Of a stretch of DNA of 64,000 nucleotides, positions 42,956 to 56,869 are shown piece after piece; the stretch's first letter is position 1; each line of letters begins with the position of its first letter. The translations under genes were made by a program, and so were the position numbers. Under the pieces are notes generated by a model. The model was given only the letters and a program-made list of their open reading frames with translations. It searched no databases and had not been told where the DNA came from. This stretch comes from Eledone cirrhosa (lineage: Eukaryota): NCBI GenBank assembly GCA_964016885.1, contig OZ024749.1, positions 22,196,001-22,260,000 of the forward strand, given 5' to 3'.

Positions 42956-44910
42956 GGTTCAAAATACTGCATGAGAAAAGTAGGACCAGCTTTATACAAC
43001 TGGAGATCGCAAGCTACTACTCCTCAATCTCACCCATAGTACTTAATAAGGCCCTATTTTTAGCGATGTCCAATACGGACCTAACCCGAGAAAAGGTGAG
43101 CATCATCCACGCCGCAAGAAAGACCTTAATCCGCTTCGATGGAGACCTGTGGACCAGGAGTGATTGGCCAAATAACTTTGACATCACGATGGGCTCCAGC
43201 GACTCAGCGCAGGTAACGGACCTGGTTGGGCTCTACCTGCTGAAGCAGATAAAAGATGAAATCCCCTGCCTGGGCGGCGGATTATATCGTGACGATGCTC
43301 TATTCACAGTACATGACCACAGCACCAATATGTTGGAGGGTATGAGGAGACGTATTCGCCATTTCTTTAAGAACCAGGGGCTCAGCATAGAAATTGACCC
43401 AAATAGGAAGGTAGTTAACTTCCTAGACACCACCCTAAACCTGAACACCGAGCAATACTACCCCTACCACAAGCCCAACGAGAAACTAGTATATGTTAAC
43501 GCCAAATCAAACCACCCTAGATCCATAACCAAGGCAGTGGTGAAGAGTGTCTCGGACAGGATCTCCAGCCTGTCCGCAAGTAAGAAAATATTCAACAACC
43601 ACGCGGAATATTACAACGCAGCTCTAAAGAAGGCGGCACATGGACAAAATATAACATATAGTCCGAAAAGCCGGGAGGTGGATAGCCCAACAGACACCCA
43701 CAACCGCGTTACCAGAGGGGGGAGGGCGAACCCTAACAATACAGGCAGAGCAAAATCAAATAGGCACCATGTACCAGACACCACCACACGGGCGGTGGGG
43801 ACTAGTGCGCTTGACCACGAGATGGAGCACAATATGAGTAGCAGTCTCAGGCGTGATGCTAACTACCCCAGGACGGACAACCCCAACCGCAGGACACGTG
43901 GGGGGGGGGAGGAAACGGGCGACCACCCCACGATGGATCTCCCGGGGCAGACAACAACCACCCCACAAATCCGGGCCGTGAAGATAACAAAAAGTATAGA
44001 GCCCAAAAGGGAAGCAACAGTGCGGAAACCACCAGCAAACCAACAAATCTCCAACAAATCACGAAGTCCCCAACCCACACATATAGGAGGAGACACCGAC
44101 AAATCACGTGGTACAACCCACCCTACTCAGCGGCCCTAAAGAAAAGCTTGGCCCGATTGTTCTTTGGAGCACTTGACAAATGCTTCCCGAGGGACCACAG
44201 ATACCACAGGATCTTCAACAGACACACTGTGAAGCTTTCGTATTCCACCACGAGAAATTTGGCCCAACACATAGCTAGCATCAACAGAAGTAGGCTTAAA
44301 AACCACACACAACCAGATGATGGCAATACAAACACTCAGCAGAACCATGTGAAAGGAGGGAAGGGGGGACCCAGAGCCCACCCAAGAAACACAAACAGAC
44401 CCAAGGACCCCCCACCGAGCATGGGGGAAGACCAACATGTAACACATAATGAGAACCCTAATCTAAGCACGCAGAGGCCGCCCACCCTCTGCAACTGTAG
44501 AAACCCCGAATCATGCCCCCTTGGTAATGAATGTCTCAAGAAGAACATAGTGTACGGTTGTAGGGATAAAACCCCCAACTCCGAACACCTCTAGGAGCCA
44601 CATCAACGAGCTTTAAGGACCGCTGGTACAACCATCGCCATTCATTCAAGAAGGAGGCCAAAAGGAAAAGCACAGCTCTCTCCGACCTGATCTGGAAGCT
44701 TAAGCTGGACAGGACCCCATACTCTCTGGCCTGGTACATAATCAGGAAAGTACCACCCGATAAAGGGGGATCTTGCATATGCAAACTATGCCTGAACGAG
44801 ACCCTCGAGATACTAAGAGGTGGAAGCGGCCTGATAAACCTCAGAACCGACTTCTTCGGGACATGCAGACACCTTAGAGCCGGGACCTTTCTCAAAATAT
44901 ATGGACAGTA
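42956..44910 (+). pseudogene. Penelope RT plus GIY-YIG endonuclease, N-truncated, two frameshifts (~44100, ~44590)
   Basis: ITMGSSDSAQVTDLVGLYLL, GGLYRDDAL, VNFLD, SNHP; CNCR..CPL..CLKKNIVY; LGATSTSFKDRWYNH; CKLCLNE; CRH. Confidence 0.9.
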
Positions 44911-46095
44911 GCAACATAAGAAGATGTGAACTCCCCTCAAGCTATAGGGACTTCTACAGAACATGAAAACACCTCTCGGCCAGACCTCCCTCAAGCTATA
45001 TGGACAATTACAACACCCTAGGTTGTGAACTCCCCTCAAGCCATAGGGAACAACCCAGGTGGAGCAGACACCATGATAGCCTAGAGATAGAATCGGACAC
45101 AGCCATAATAATCTGGCCAACATCTATAACACAAACACTTTTAATTTACCAGATTTCTGACTTTAAAGTTCCAATCTTAAATCTTGATTTCTCTTTATTA
45201 ATTTGTTATTTGTTTTCTGCCCTCTTCACTGTATAACCTTATATTTATTTTAAGTTGAGATAGATTATAACACAAACACATTGAATATCTCATCTTAACA
45301 TCTTGTATCATACCAATCTATCCAACATATTCTGACCTTGAGATTGGTTATAGCACACACACACACACACTTTATCCTACATTATTTCTCACTTCTCCAT
45401 ATACATTATCATTACTTTTTCACCAGTCTCTCATTTACTCTTTATTCTTTATTCTCTATTTATTTATTTATTTTCAAATTACACAAATTATATTAATTAT
45501 TTTATTTTATTATATTATTTATTTATCTTCTGTTCTCTTCATTTATTGCCTTATATTTCTTCATATACATGAAAGAACCCCCCCCCCGCCACCACCACTA
45601 CGATGGTGGCGGGTGGGATGAAGAGAAAACACAAACTGAATACTTCTAAATTGTTAGCAGCAGCAAGGTATAAGCTGACCACTACAACAACAACAGTACC
45701 AAAATAATGGTGGAGGTCAAATGTACTGAACAATAGCAGGCATAAACACCACAGGGAGCCTCACCCCAGAAAGAATTCTATAGACTTCTGACTGAGGAAT
45801 GCTCTCAGAACTGAACAATGGGAAGTTTGACACATTTTTTGCTATTTTGTTCCTTCAACACCTTGTCCCTTCTACCATCTTATCAATTTTTAAGCTAACT
45901 CCAACAATGACAACACTAATAACTGACCAATGAGAGGAGAAGGGGACCTGTGACATGAAAATTCGTTTGTTTGAATTCATATGACTCCAGTTCCCCAGTG
46001 AATTAACAACCCAGCAAGGAACTGGGCATATCAGAGTATTGACAATATCATACACCTAAACAACATATGTACTTGTCTATACCATACTAATTCAA

Positions 46096-46150
46096 ACTGC
46101 CTGAAAAGGTCACAGCCAAAGATGGCTGTCACTGAAATATATATAGCAGT
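46096..46150 (+). ncRNA. Hammerhead in 3' pLTR with a G8A core mutation
   Basis: actgc-CTGAAAA-...-GAAA-tatata-TA-gcagt. Confidence 0.75.
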
Positions 46151-46292
46151 AATAAACGAAGCTAAATTTTAATCATTTAACTTTTATTTAACTTTATTTT
46201 ACACTACTCCGGAGTAACCAAACCAACCTGCGCACTTCGTCGAGTGCTCCAGCCTGCATACTGAGGTGTTGGTATACAACCAACATAAACTC

Positions 46293-46390
<98 letters not shown>

Positions 46391-46427
46391 TGTACTGCCT
46401 CTCTGTTTTGTTCCCGTTCAACTTTTC

Positions 46428-46606
<179 letters not shown>

Positions 46607-46630
46607 TGTATATATATATATATATGTGTA

Positions 46631-46855
46631 TATTTATTAAAATAATAGATTAAAGTTTAAGCAAAGAATCGCTGCTTTCACCCTTAACGGGATCTTCTGA
46701 AACGGGAGTTTCAGAAGATCCCGTTAAGGGTGAAAGCAGCGATTCTTTGCTTAAACTTTAATCTGTTATTTTAATAAATATTTGCTCTACGGTTCTTATA
46801 TATTTGATATATATTTATCCTTATCGAGCCCTCTTTGGTTTTAGTCTTCAAATTT
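46631..46855 (+). mobile_element. Solo palindromic pLTR remnant of the 24-25 kb Penelope element (73-bp arms)
   Basis: Arms 46631-46703 and 46708-46780; near-identical to 24176-24324. Confidence 0.88.
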
Positions 46856-46927
46856 ATTATTATTACTATATATGTGTATATATATATATAAATATGGTTT
46901 TATAAATAGTTTCCATTTATTCAATAT

Positions 46928-46958
<31 letters not shown>

Positions 46959-46991
46959 CATACAGAGAGAGAGAGAGAAAGAGAGAGAGAC

Positions 46992-47066
<75 letters not shown>

Positions 47067-47421
47067 GACATGAATGGATCAGTTTTTTTCTTAAAGAAAA
47101 TTCTTTCCGTTTTACACTGCCCACTCTCCTCTATCTTTCTATTTCTTCTTTAATTCCTCATTCTATTTTCTGACAAAGGACTAGTGTCCGAAAGGGTAAG
47201 ACTCTTCTGTTAGTATATCAAGCGTAGAACTAATATATTTCTTCATTGTACGATGCTGTTTGTTTTGTTATTTATGTTTACCTTTTTCATATATATATAT
47301 ATATATATTGTTATACTTTGGGTGTGTTTCTTATTGGCAACATGACCCTCCCAAAGTATAACAATATCGGTTTCAACACACGATTTCAGATAAAGAATCT
47401 TGCTAAACAAATTCAGAAACG

Positions 47422-47540
<119 letters not shown>

Positions 47541-47730
47541 TACACACAGACACACACATATATATATTCCAAAAGGGCTGACGGAATACACGCGTGTTTT
47601 TTTCTCCTACTATCTTCTGATGAACTCATGTCCAAAACCTTATGACGCTTTCCCCAATAAATCAAGCGTTAAATTAATATATTTCTTCACTATTTTGTGT
47701 CGTTTGCTTTGTTATTTCTGCTTACTTTTT

Positions 47731-47806
<76 letters not shown>

Positions 47807-47919
47807 CCACACACACCCATATATGTACATATATATCCACACACACACGTATATGTGTGTATATATGTAAATATACTCAAACATGCACACATAAACATGC
47901 ACATATATACATGCAAACG

Positions 47920-47952
<33 letters not shown>

Positions 47953-48069
47953 CCATACTCACGTATATATGTGTATATATGTAAATATACTCAAACATGC
48001 ACACATACACATGCACATATATACAAGCACACACATATATGTATATATATGTATATATATATATATATA

Positions 48070-48142
<73 letters not shown>

Positions 48143-48144
<2 letters not shown>

Positions 48145-48831
48145 CTTGAATTGGCCAGAGATGAACATTTCCAGATATTTTTAGGAATGACTTTATTTAT
48201 TCTTTATATGAAATATTGATTGTTTTTCCGGTTTCTTGTCTCTGTTTTTAGCCTGAGAAAATACCTATATGCATGTATAAATAATACATGCATATATTTA
48301 TTTTTTTTATATCCAATTGAGTTCTTCACGCATGGTTAAAATTCTTGACAGAATTATTTGACCTGCGTGCATATTATTTTATCTTTTTATGTTTTGCGAT
48401 GACCTCCCCTTCCCGCTTGGTGACGGTGTGAGATTTCTCTTTGTGAGACTGCTGGAATTTCAAATTTGGCGGTCACTCTAACACTGGCGGGTACCATCGC
48501 TGAATGTTAATATCGGTAGGGTTTTTTTAATATCGATATTGTTGGGCATCCACTGATGATTTATAAGTGCCCACCTACATATATTCCTATAGACTATGTG
48601 TAGGCCTCTACATAACCTGGACATTATTTTTCCAACTTGTAGAAAACTTATAATGAAACGATCGTTTGGAAAGAGGGATGTATTTAATTATGTCTCATAT
48701 AAAATAATGCAACTGGCTATCCGCAAAATACGTATAGTTAGCACCCGAAACGTACAATTGGGGTTATACTAATGTTTGTTGAGTGAGACGGAAGTCGGTC
48801 GGAGTATTGCTTAAAGCTTTCTCTGTTAATG

Positions 48832-48836
<5 letters not shown>
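48143..48836 (+). mobile_element. Family B element copy 3 (~695 bp)
   Basis: Colinear with 3130-3857 with the same two ends. Confidence 0.85.
48549..48670 (+). ncRNA. Hammerhead ribozyme with branched stem II domain (family B)
   Basis: tcca-CTGATGA-t-ttataagt...acttataa-t-GAAA-cgatcg-TT-tgga; stem III palindrome changed from caattg to cgatcg. Confidence 0.82.
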
Positions 48837-48862
<26 letters not shown>

Positions 48863-49143
48863 CGTATATATAACTTAAAATGCAGTGGGAATACGAAGAA
48901 GGCAAGGACAGAGGGGGGGGCTCATCAGTTGTCTACTGGGGTCTAGGATATTTCTACGCTTTAAAGACAAGATACCACTTCACCCCAGGGCGTCAATAAC
49001 TTGATAAGTTATTGGGAAAACGAAGGCAGGAGGGAAGGAAAGCAAAGCAGGAAGAAAAGAGAAACGGCAACAAAACACCGGAAAAAAACAACACAAACCA
49101 AGCAATGTGCGAGCAACTATAGGTAGGAAATCCAAGACCACAC

Positions 49144-49203
<60 letters not shown>

Positions 49204-49209
<6 letters not shown>

Positions 49210-49396
49210 GAAGAGCTTCTACAGGACTAGAACTGTTTCATTCATGAGAAATCATCAGCGAGCTCCCTGATGATTTCTCACGAATGAAATAGTTCTAGTC
49301 CTGTAGAAGCTCTTCTATATTAAAACTTTTATACTCTGCTATGAATTGAGTACCTTATTTACTGTGGTTACCTCCGATTCAACCCGGAATAACTGA
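49204..49396 (+). mobile_element. Palindromic pLTR-like remnant (~58-bp arms) carrying back-to-back HHR-like cores
   Basis: Symmetry centre gagctc at ~49262; CTGATGA-t-ttc-tcac-gaa-t-GAAA at 49267-49289 and its mirror image. Confidence 0.75.
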
Positions 49397-49465
49397 TATA
49401 TATATATATGTAGACTTGACACTTTCTTGTTGACAAGTGTTTTTAGGCCTCATATCATGTTACGT

Positions 49466-49535
49466 TATTTTATCTGATGAGAACACAATTTTAGTCCCAG
49501 GATGATGTTGTTTTCGAAATGCGCATAATAAAATA
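49466..49535 (+). ncRNA. Hammerhead ribozyme, family D (element ~49410-49660)
   Basis: tattttat-CTGATGA-gaaca...tgttttc-GAAA-tgcgca-TA-ataaaata: 8-bp stem I, ATGCGCAT palindromic stem III. Confidence 0.85.
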
Positions 49536-50389
49536 TATGGAACTTTTTTAACCTTCTTTTAATTTCTTCTTTAATATATACTCCAATTCTACCAACTGTT
49601 AAGTGCTACTTATCTGATATATGCATAGTTTTATTGTTCTACAATATTACTCACCCTCTATATATCTATCTATCTATATATATATGATATATATGTATAT
49701 GCATTTGAGGTATTTATGATTTATTTTCATTTTTACAATTTTTGGTAAATTTCATTGGAATTTTCTCGCAAAGAATTAAAAAAAAGAAAACAAGTGGAGA
49801 ATTTGACATCTTTCGTCAAGAATTTCTGCCGTTTTTTACTTTCATTTAATTTCACGTAATTCTAAACGGATTAAGATAAAACAGACTTCACTTGTCATTG
49901 TGCGCATGTCTATCATGACATGTGTGTGTGTAAGTATGTCTCTCTCTCTCTCTCCCCCTCTCTCTCTTTGTGTGTGTGTGTAAGTATGTATGTCTCTCTC
50001 TCTCTCTCTCTCTCTGTAAGTATGTCTCTCTCTCTCCCTCTCACTCTCTCACTCTCTCTCTCTCACTCTGTGTGTGTGTATGTAAGTATGTCTCCCTCCC
50101 TCCCTCTCTCTCTCACTCTGTGTGTGTGTTTGTGTAAGTATGTCTCTCTCTCTCTTTCTATGCCCCCCTCTCTCTCTCTCTGTATGTCTGTCGCTGTGTC
50201 TCTCTGTGTGTATATGTATGTCTGTGTGTGTATGTCTCTGCGCGTGAGTGTGTGTGTGATTGTTAATTTATGATGTGTTCACGTGCATGTCGCTGGGTGT
50301 GTATGCATAAGTATGTTTCGATTTGTATTAGAAAGTACGTAGGTACGTTTGTGTATGTATTCATGTATGTTTCTATGTGTGTGTATGTA

Positions 50390-50607
<218 letters not shown>

Positions 50608-50615
50608 AATCATAA

Positions 50616-52329
50616 TCTATAAAGCTCAGTGTGTGGTTATGCTACTTTGTTATAGAAATCTACGATATAGAATTTCTTCAATTTAAATTTACAATTCAGT
50701 ATTCGAAATAGCTTCGATTGCGTCTTGGCACAGATAATTGTTTCAATTTCACCCGCAATTACGCAAAAAATAGATAAAACTCAATATTTTACGATTTTCT
50801 CTCTCATTTAAACTGCTAAACTCTTTCCATTACCATTCAAAATCTATACAACTTCATACTTACTGCTACTTTCTCTTTCCAAGCTTGATGGTGATACTAT
50901 CCGTTTTACTCTCTCATATCATCTGCTGCCCTCTATCTACAACCCACATATTTTGCTACTTTCTCTTTTATATTTCAAACTTGCTGATTTATTTCCAAAC
51001 GCATACAAACACACACTCACTTCAAATGATAAAAAAACATTTAAAGCAATTAAACAACGTGCGTGATTTATAACCACACTAACTTTTAGTTGCTTCAAAC
51101 TTAATGATTTATTTACAAAGACATACAAACACACACTCACATAAATTGATCAAAAAAAATTTAAAGCAATTAAACAACATGCGGGATTTATAACCACAAA
51201 TACACGACTATTCATTAACAACATTTAAAGCAATTAAACAACGTGCGTGATTGCCGAAGAGAGAGAGAGAGAAGAGAGTGAGAGGGAGAGAGAGAGAACG
51301 TTTATTATTACATAAAGTACAAGTAACGTACTGGGTAATTGCTGGCCTTGTGCCAAATAAGTAGAAACTATTACATTTCATACGAAACGACAATTATTCA
51401 AAAGCAACAGATACATTTATTCAACAACAAGCGATAAATCTTTTTTAAAACCTCTAAACGAACGTGGATTCTTACAGACTTTGAGTCGAATCGGTTTGAA
51501 ATTGTGCAAATGTATAAACATGGAACATGTGCACACACACAACAACAACAATCTGCCTTTTATAGATAATGATAAACAATAATATCTTCTATGAGGTCAC
51601 TAAACCTGCTAGAAACAGTAGCTAACTCTCCCCCATATCACACCCCTCCCTACTGTCTTAAATTTAGAAAACATATCTTCTATGAGGTCACTAAACCTGC
51701 TAGAAACAGCAGCTAACTCTCCCCCATATCACACCACTCCCTACTGTCTTAAATTTAGAAAACACATATCCTCTATGAGGTTACTAAACCTGCTAGAAAC
51801 AGCAGCTAACTCTCCCCTATATCACACCCCTGCCTACTGTCTTAAATTTAGAAAACATATCTTCTATGAGGTCAATAAACCTGCTAGAAACAGCAGCTAA
51901 CTCTTCCCCATATCACACCACTCCCTACTGTCTTAAACTTAGAAAACACATATCCTCTATGAGGTCACTAACCCTGCTAGAAACAACAGCTAACTCTCCC
52001 TCATATCACAACCCTCCCTACTGTCTTAAATTTAGAAAACACACAGACAACCATGCAGAAAAACTCCATCGCAGCTCTGTTGTTCGGCTGGCATCGTCTA
52101 CGCGCGTGTTGCGCAAGTACTGTGAAACAATAAATTTCAACACTTTTTTGCACAGAGATAATATCCATAGGCGAAACTACAATTGTCACTGCTGGCGCAG
52201 CTCATGCTTCAAGGTATGCAATTCATTCACCCAGTGCCTGGTAGACAAAAAAGTGCTGCCATAAAATAGGTGGTGCAACCTAACTTTGGTAACTTAATGA
52301 CCCCGAGCAACGCCGGGCTTTACTGCTAG
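50616..52329 (+). mobile_element. Probable non-autonomous Helitron
   Basis: 3' end cccgagcaacgccggg hairpin followed by CTAG|T at 52326-52330; candidate A|TC start (tctataaagct) at 50616. The 5' boundary is uncertain. Confidence 0.55.
51582..52042 (+). repeat. 5 x 91/93-bp minisatellite
   Basis: Unit starts at 51582, 51673, 51766, 51857 and 51950. Confidence 0.9.
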
Positions 52330-52368
<39 letters not shown>

Positions 52369-52438
52369 ATATATATAAATATATATATGTGTATATATAT
52401 ATATGTGTATATATATATATATGTATATATATATACAC

Positions 52439-52482
<44 letters not shown>

Positions 52483-52503
52483 ATATATATATATATATGT
52501 AGA

Positions 52504-52558
<55 letters not shown>

Positions 52559-52720
52559 AATGAATAATAACAGGTAGACATCATAAAAAGGTAATTTATT
52601 CCGTGTGCGTACAAATGTTTCCACGGTGGTACTACAGCCTAGTTATGCTATGTGCAAATTTACAACTATTTGCAGAATTCTAATAGCCAATTCTGTGACC
52701 ATATCTGTGACCTATACCTA

Positions 52721-52754
<34 letters not shown>

Positions 52755-52804
52755 ATATATATGTGTGTGTATATAAATATATATATATATATGTGCATAT
52801 ATAA

Positions 52805-52858
<54 letters not shown>

Positions 52859-52861
52859 GTG

Positions 52862-52892
<31 letters not shown>

Positions 52893-52929
52893 GTGTGTGT
52901 GTATATATATATATGTGTATATATATATA

Positions 52930-52970
<41 letters not shown>

Positions 52971-53069
52971 GTGTGTATATATATATATGTATATATATAT
53001 GTGTGTATATATATATATTTATGTATATATGTGTGTATATATATATATATATGTATATATATATGTGTA

Positions 53070-53139
<70 letters not shown>

Positions 53140-53145
53140 TATGTT

Positions 53146-54677
<1,532 letters not shown>

Positions 54678-54903
54678 CATACATATATATATATATTTAT
54701 ATATATATATATATATACATATATATATTTATATATATATATATATATATATAAGGATTAGAATACAGGAGCGTTTTGAAGTTAAACACCCTCTTCGTAT
54801 TATAGAAATGACAGTAAAAGGTATAGCTCAATGCAGTTAAACAGAGCCAAAAAATTAAGAGAGTAAAACAAAGAATCCTTTAATACATCAAAAGTTTTTA
54901 TTA

Positions 54904-54941
54904 GCCGACAATGTTTCGTCCTATTAAGGACTCATCAGGGC
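54904..54941 (-). ncRNA. Minimal hammerhead ribozyme in the Penelope 3' pLTR
   Basis: gcc-CTGATGA-gtcct-taat-aggac-GAAA-cattg-TC-ggc. Confidence 0.88.
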
Positions 54942-56869
54942 AATCAAAACAACAAGAAGTAATATCGGCAGATACAAGCCGGAAGTCATGCAAAAATATA
55001 TAATAAAAATAAAAATAAAAATAAAAATAAAAATAAAAATAAAAATAAAAATAATAAAAATATATAATAAGAATAACTAAGGGTGTATATAACATTAAGA
55101 ACCATATTACAAATATAGTCCAAAGCAACTAAGCTAAATCTAAACAAATGTGGTTATATAGAGCAGGAATTATATATAACACAATGTAATATAACATAAT
55201 ACATTATAATAATATACCTTTACCAACATTAAAATTACAATTAAAAATCAAAAGGTACAATATATACATGTATATATGTGCGCGCGCACACACACACACA
55301 CACACACATATACAACAATACGCACATCTATGTTCAACTACACAAATTAAGCCTTATTAGAGGTTTGAATATAAAAATAAGCATGATAAGAGTGAAAATA
55401 ATACCAATACATCTACCCAATGTACATGAGGCAATAATATGATATAATTACAAGAGACACATAATAAATAATAAACAATAAAATTATATAGTTCAATATA
55501 ATATAATATAATAATAGATAATCCCCGGTTAATTTACACAAACAATATAGATGTCACAATAATAATATAATGATAATATGTTAACAATGTACTAACATTT
55601 ACAATAAACAATATATACAAATCGATTCATACTGGGTTACAGAGTAAATGAGGAAAAATAAATTATACAATACTCAAAAAACACTATGATGGTACAGAAA
55701 AAATTATGATGGTACAGAAAAAAATATACAGACATCTTACATGATATGTAAAGTCTAAATATCATAATGTTACATATAATGAACAGTAAGTAATAAGGAT
55801 CAATATTACAATATTACAAAAATACAGACATCTTACATGATATATAAAGTTTAAATATCATAATGTTACATATAATGAACAGTAAGTAATAAGGATCAAT
55901 ATTACAATACAATATAATATAATATATTATAAATTGACATAAAATAATATATAAATACTTATAATTACAAGGTTAGTAGACAGACATATGTGAATGTGTA
56001 AGTAAAGCCAGACAGTGAATAGTAAATAGAATATAGAATAAAATAAATAAATATAATCAACCGGAAATTACAAAACAAAAACAAATATATACACATTTAG
56101 GTCTCACATGCGGTTGAGTAGTTAGGTAAAAACTAAGGAAAACAATCACTTTAATTGACTCAAAACCCTATTTGATAAATTAATATTAAAAATATTAAAA
56201 CTATCCAATAAGGTAGTATAATATTAGCTGTAGTTTAAGTCATTAAAGTTTATAAACTTTAATGTTTCGTTACAAATGTTTACAAAAAGGAATGAAATAT
56301 TTTACTATCATATACATAACGATATCTAAAAAACTAACTTAAGTAGAATAATTAAGGTAGGCTAATGGGGACAGAATTGAAGAAATATATGGAGGGTGCA
56401 AAGGGGCATAAAATATAGTCGAAATACTATAATAAATAATAGAACGGAGCGTAAAAGAGGGGGGGGGTTAAATATAATCATAGTCAATCTGGAGGGGTTG
56501 ACAATAAGTTTATGTGCGCATGGGGGAGGGGGAGGGGGAGGGGGAGGGGGAGGGGGTTATCCAAAGATGAATCGGAATAAAATTAAAAATAAAATTAATA
56601 ATAAAAATAAAAATAAAGATAATAATAGAATAAAGTAAATGGCGTAATCTTATAATAATAGAATAAAGTAAATGTGTAATCTTATGTATATTAACAAGGT
56701 GTAATAGTGAAAATATAGATATGGTACAGTAGCCAAATGATTATGAGAGCTAGAATGAAGAGTCATCAAAAACCAATGGTAATAATGATGATAACAATAA
56801 TGTTGGCAAACAAAAGAACCTAAACTAAAAAATAAGTAATGGAATATATCTGCTAATGGGTACAATTTG

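Larger units (their letters stand above)
42786..46295 (+). mobile_element. 5'-truncated Penelope-like element (Naiad-like) with inverted 5' pseudo-LTR
   Basis: 42786-42955 is the reverse complement of ~46032-46200; RT and GIY-YIG lie between; (TA)n/(TC)n flanks. Confidence 0.9.

Noticed and set aside
44580-44600. Possible recoded stop (selenocysteine-like) in the Penelope GIY-YIG
   Set aside because: The codon is TAG and the downstream motif (LGATSTSF) is in another frame, so it is a frameshift and not an in-frame UGA.
48921-48960. Minus-strand CTGATGAG, possible permuted hammerhead
   Set aside because: No correctly placed GAAA with pairing stems could be built.
51582-52042. CRISPR-like regularly spaced repeats (also 40476-40705 and 41140-41505)
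   Set aside because: Whole units repeat with no unique spacers, there are no cas genes and the context is eukaryotic; these are minisatellites.
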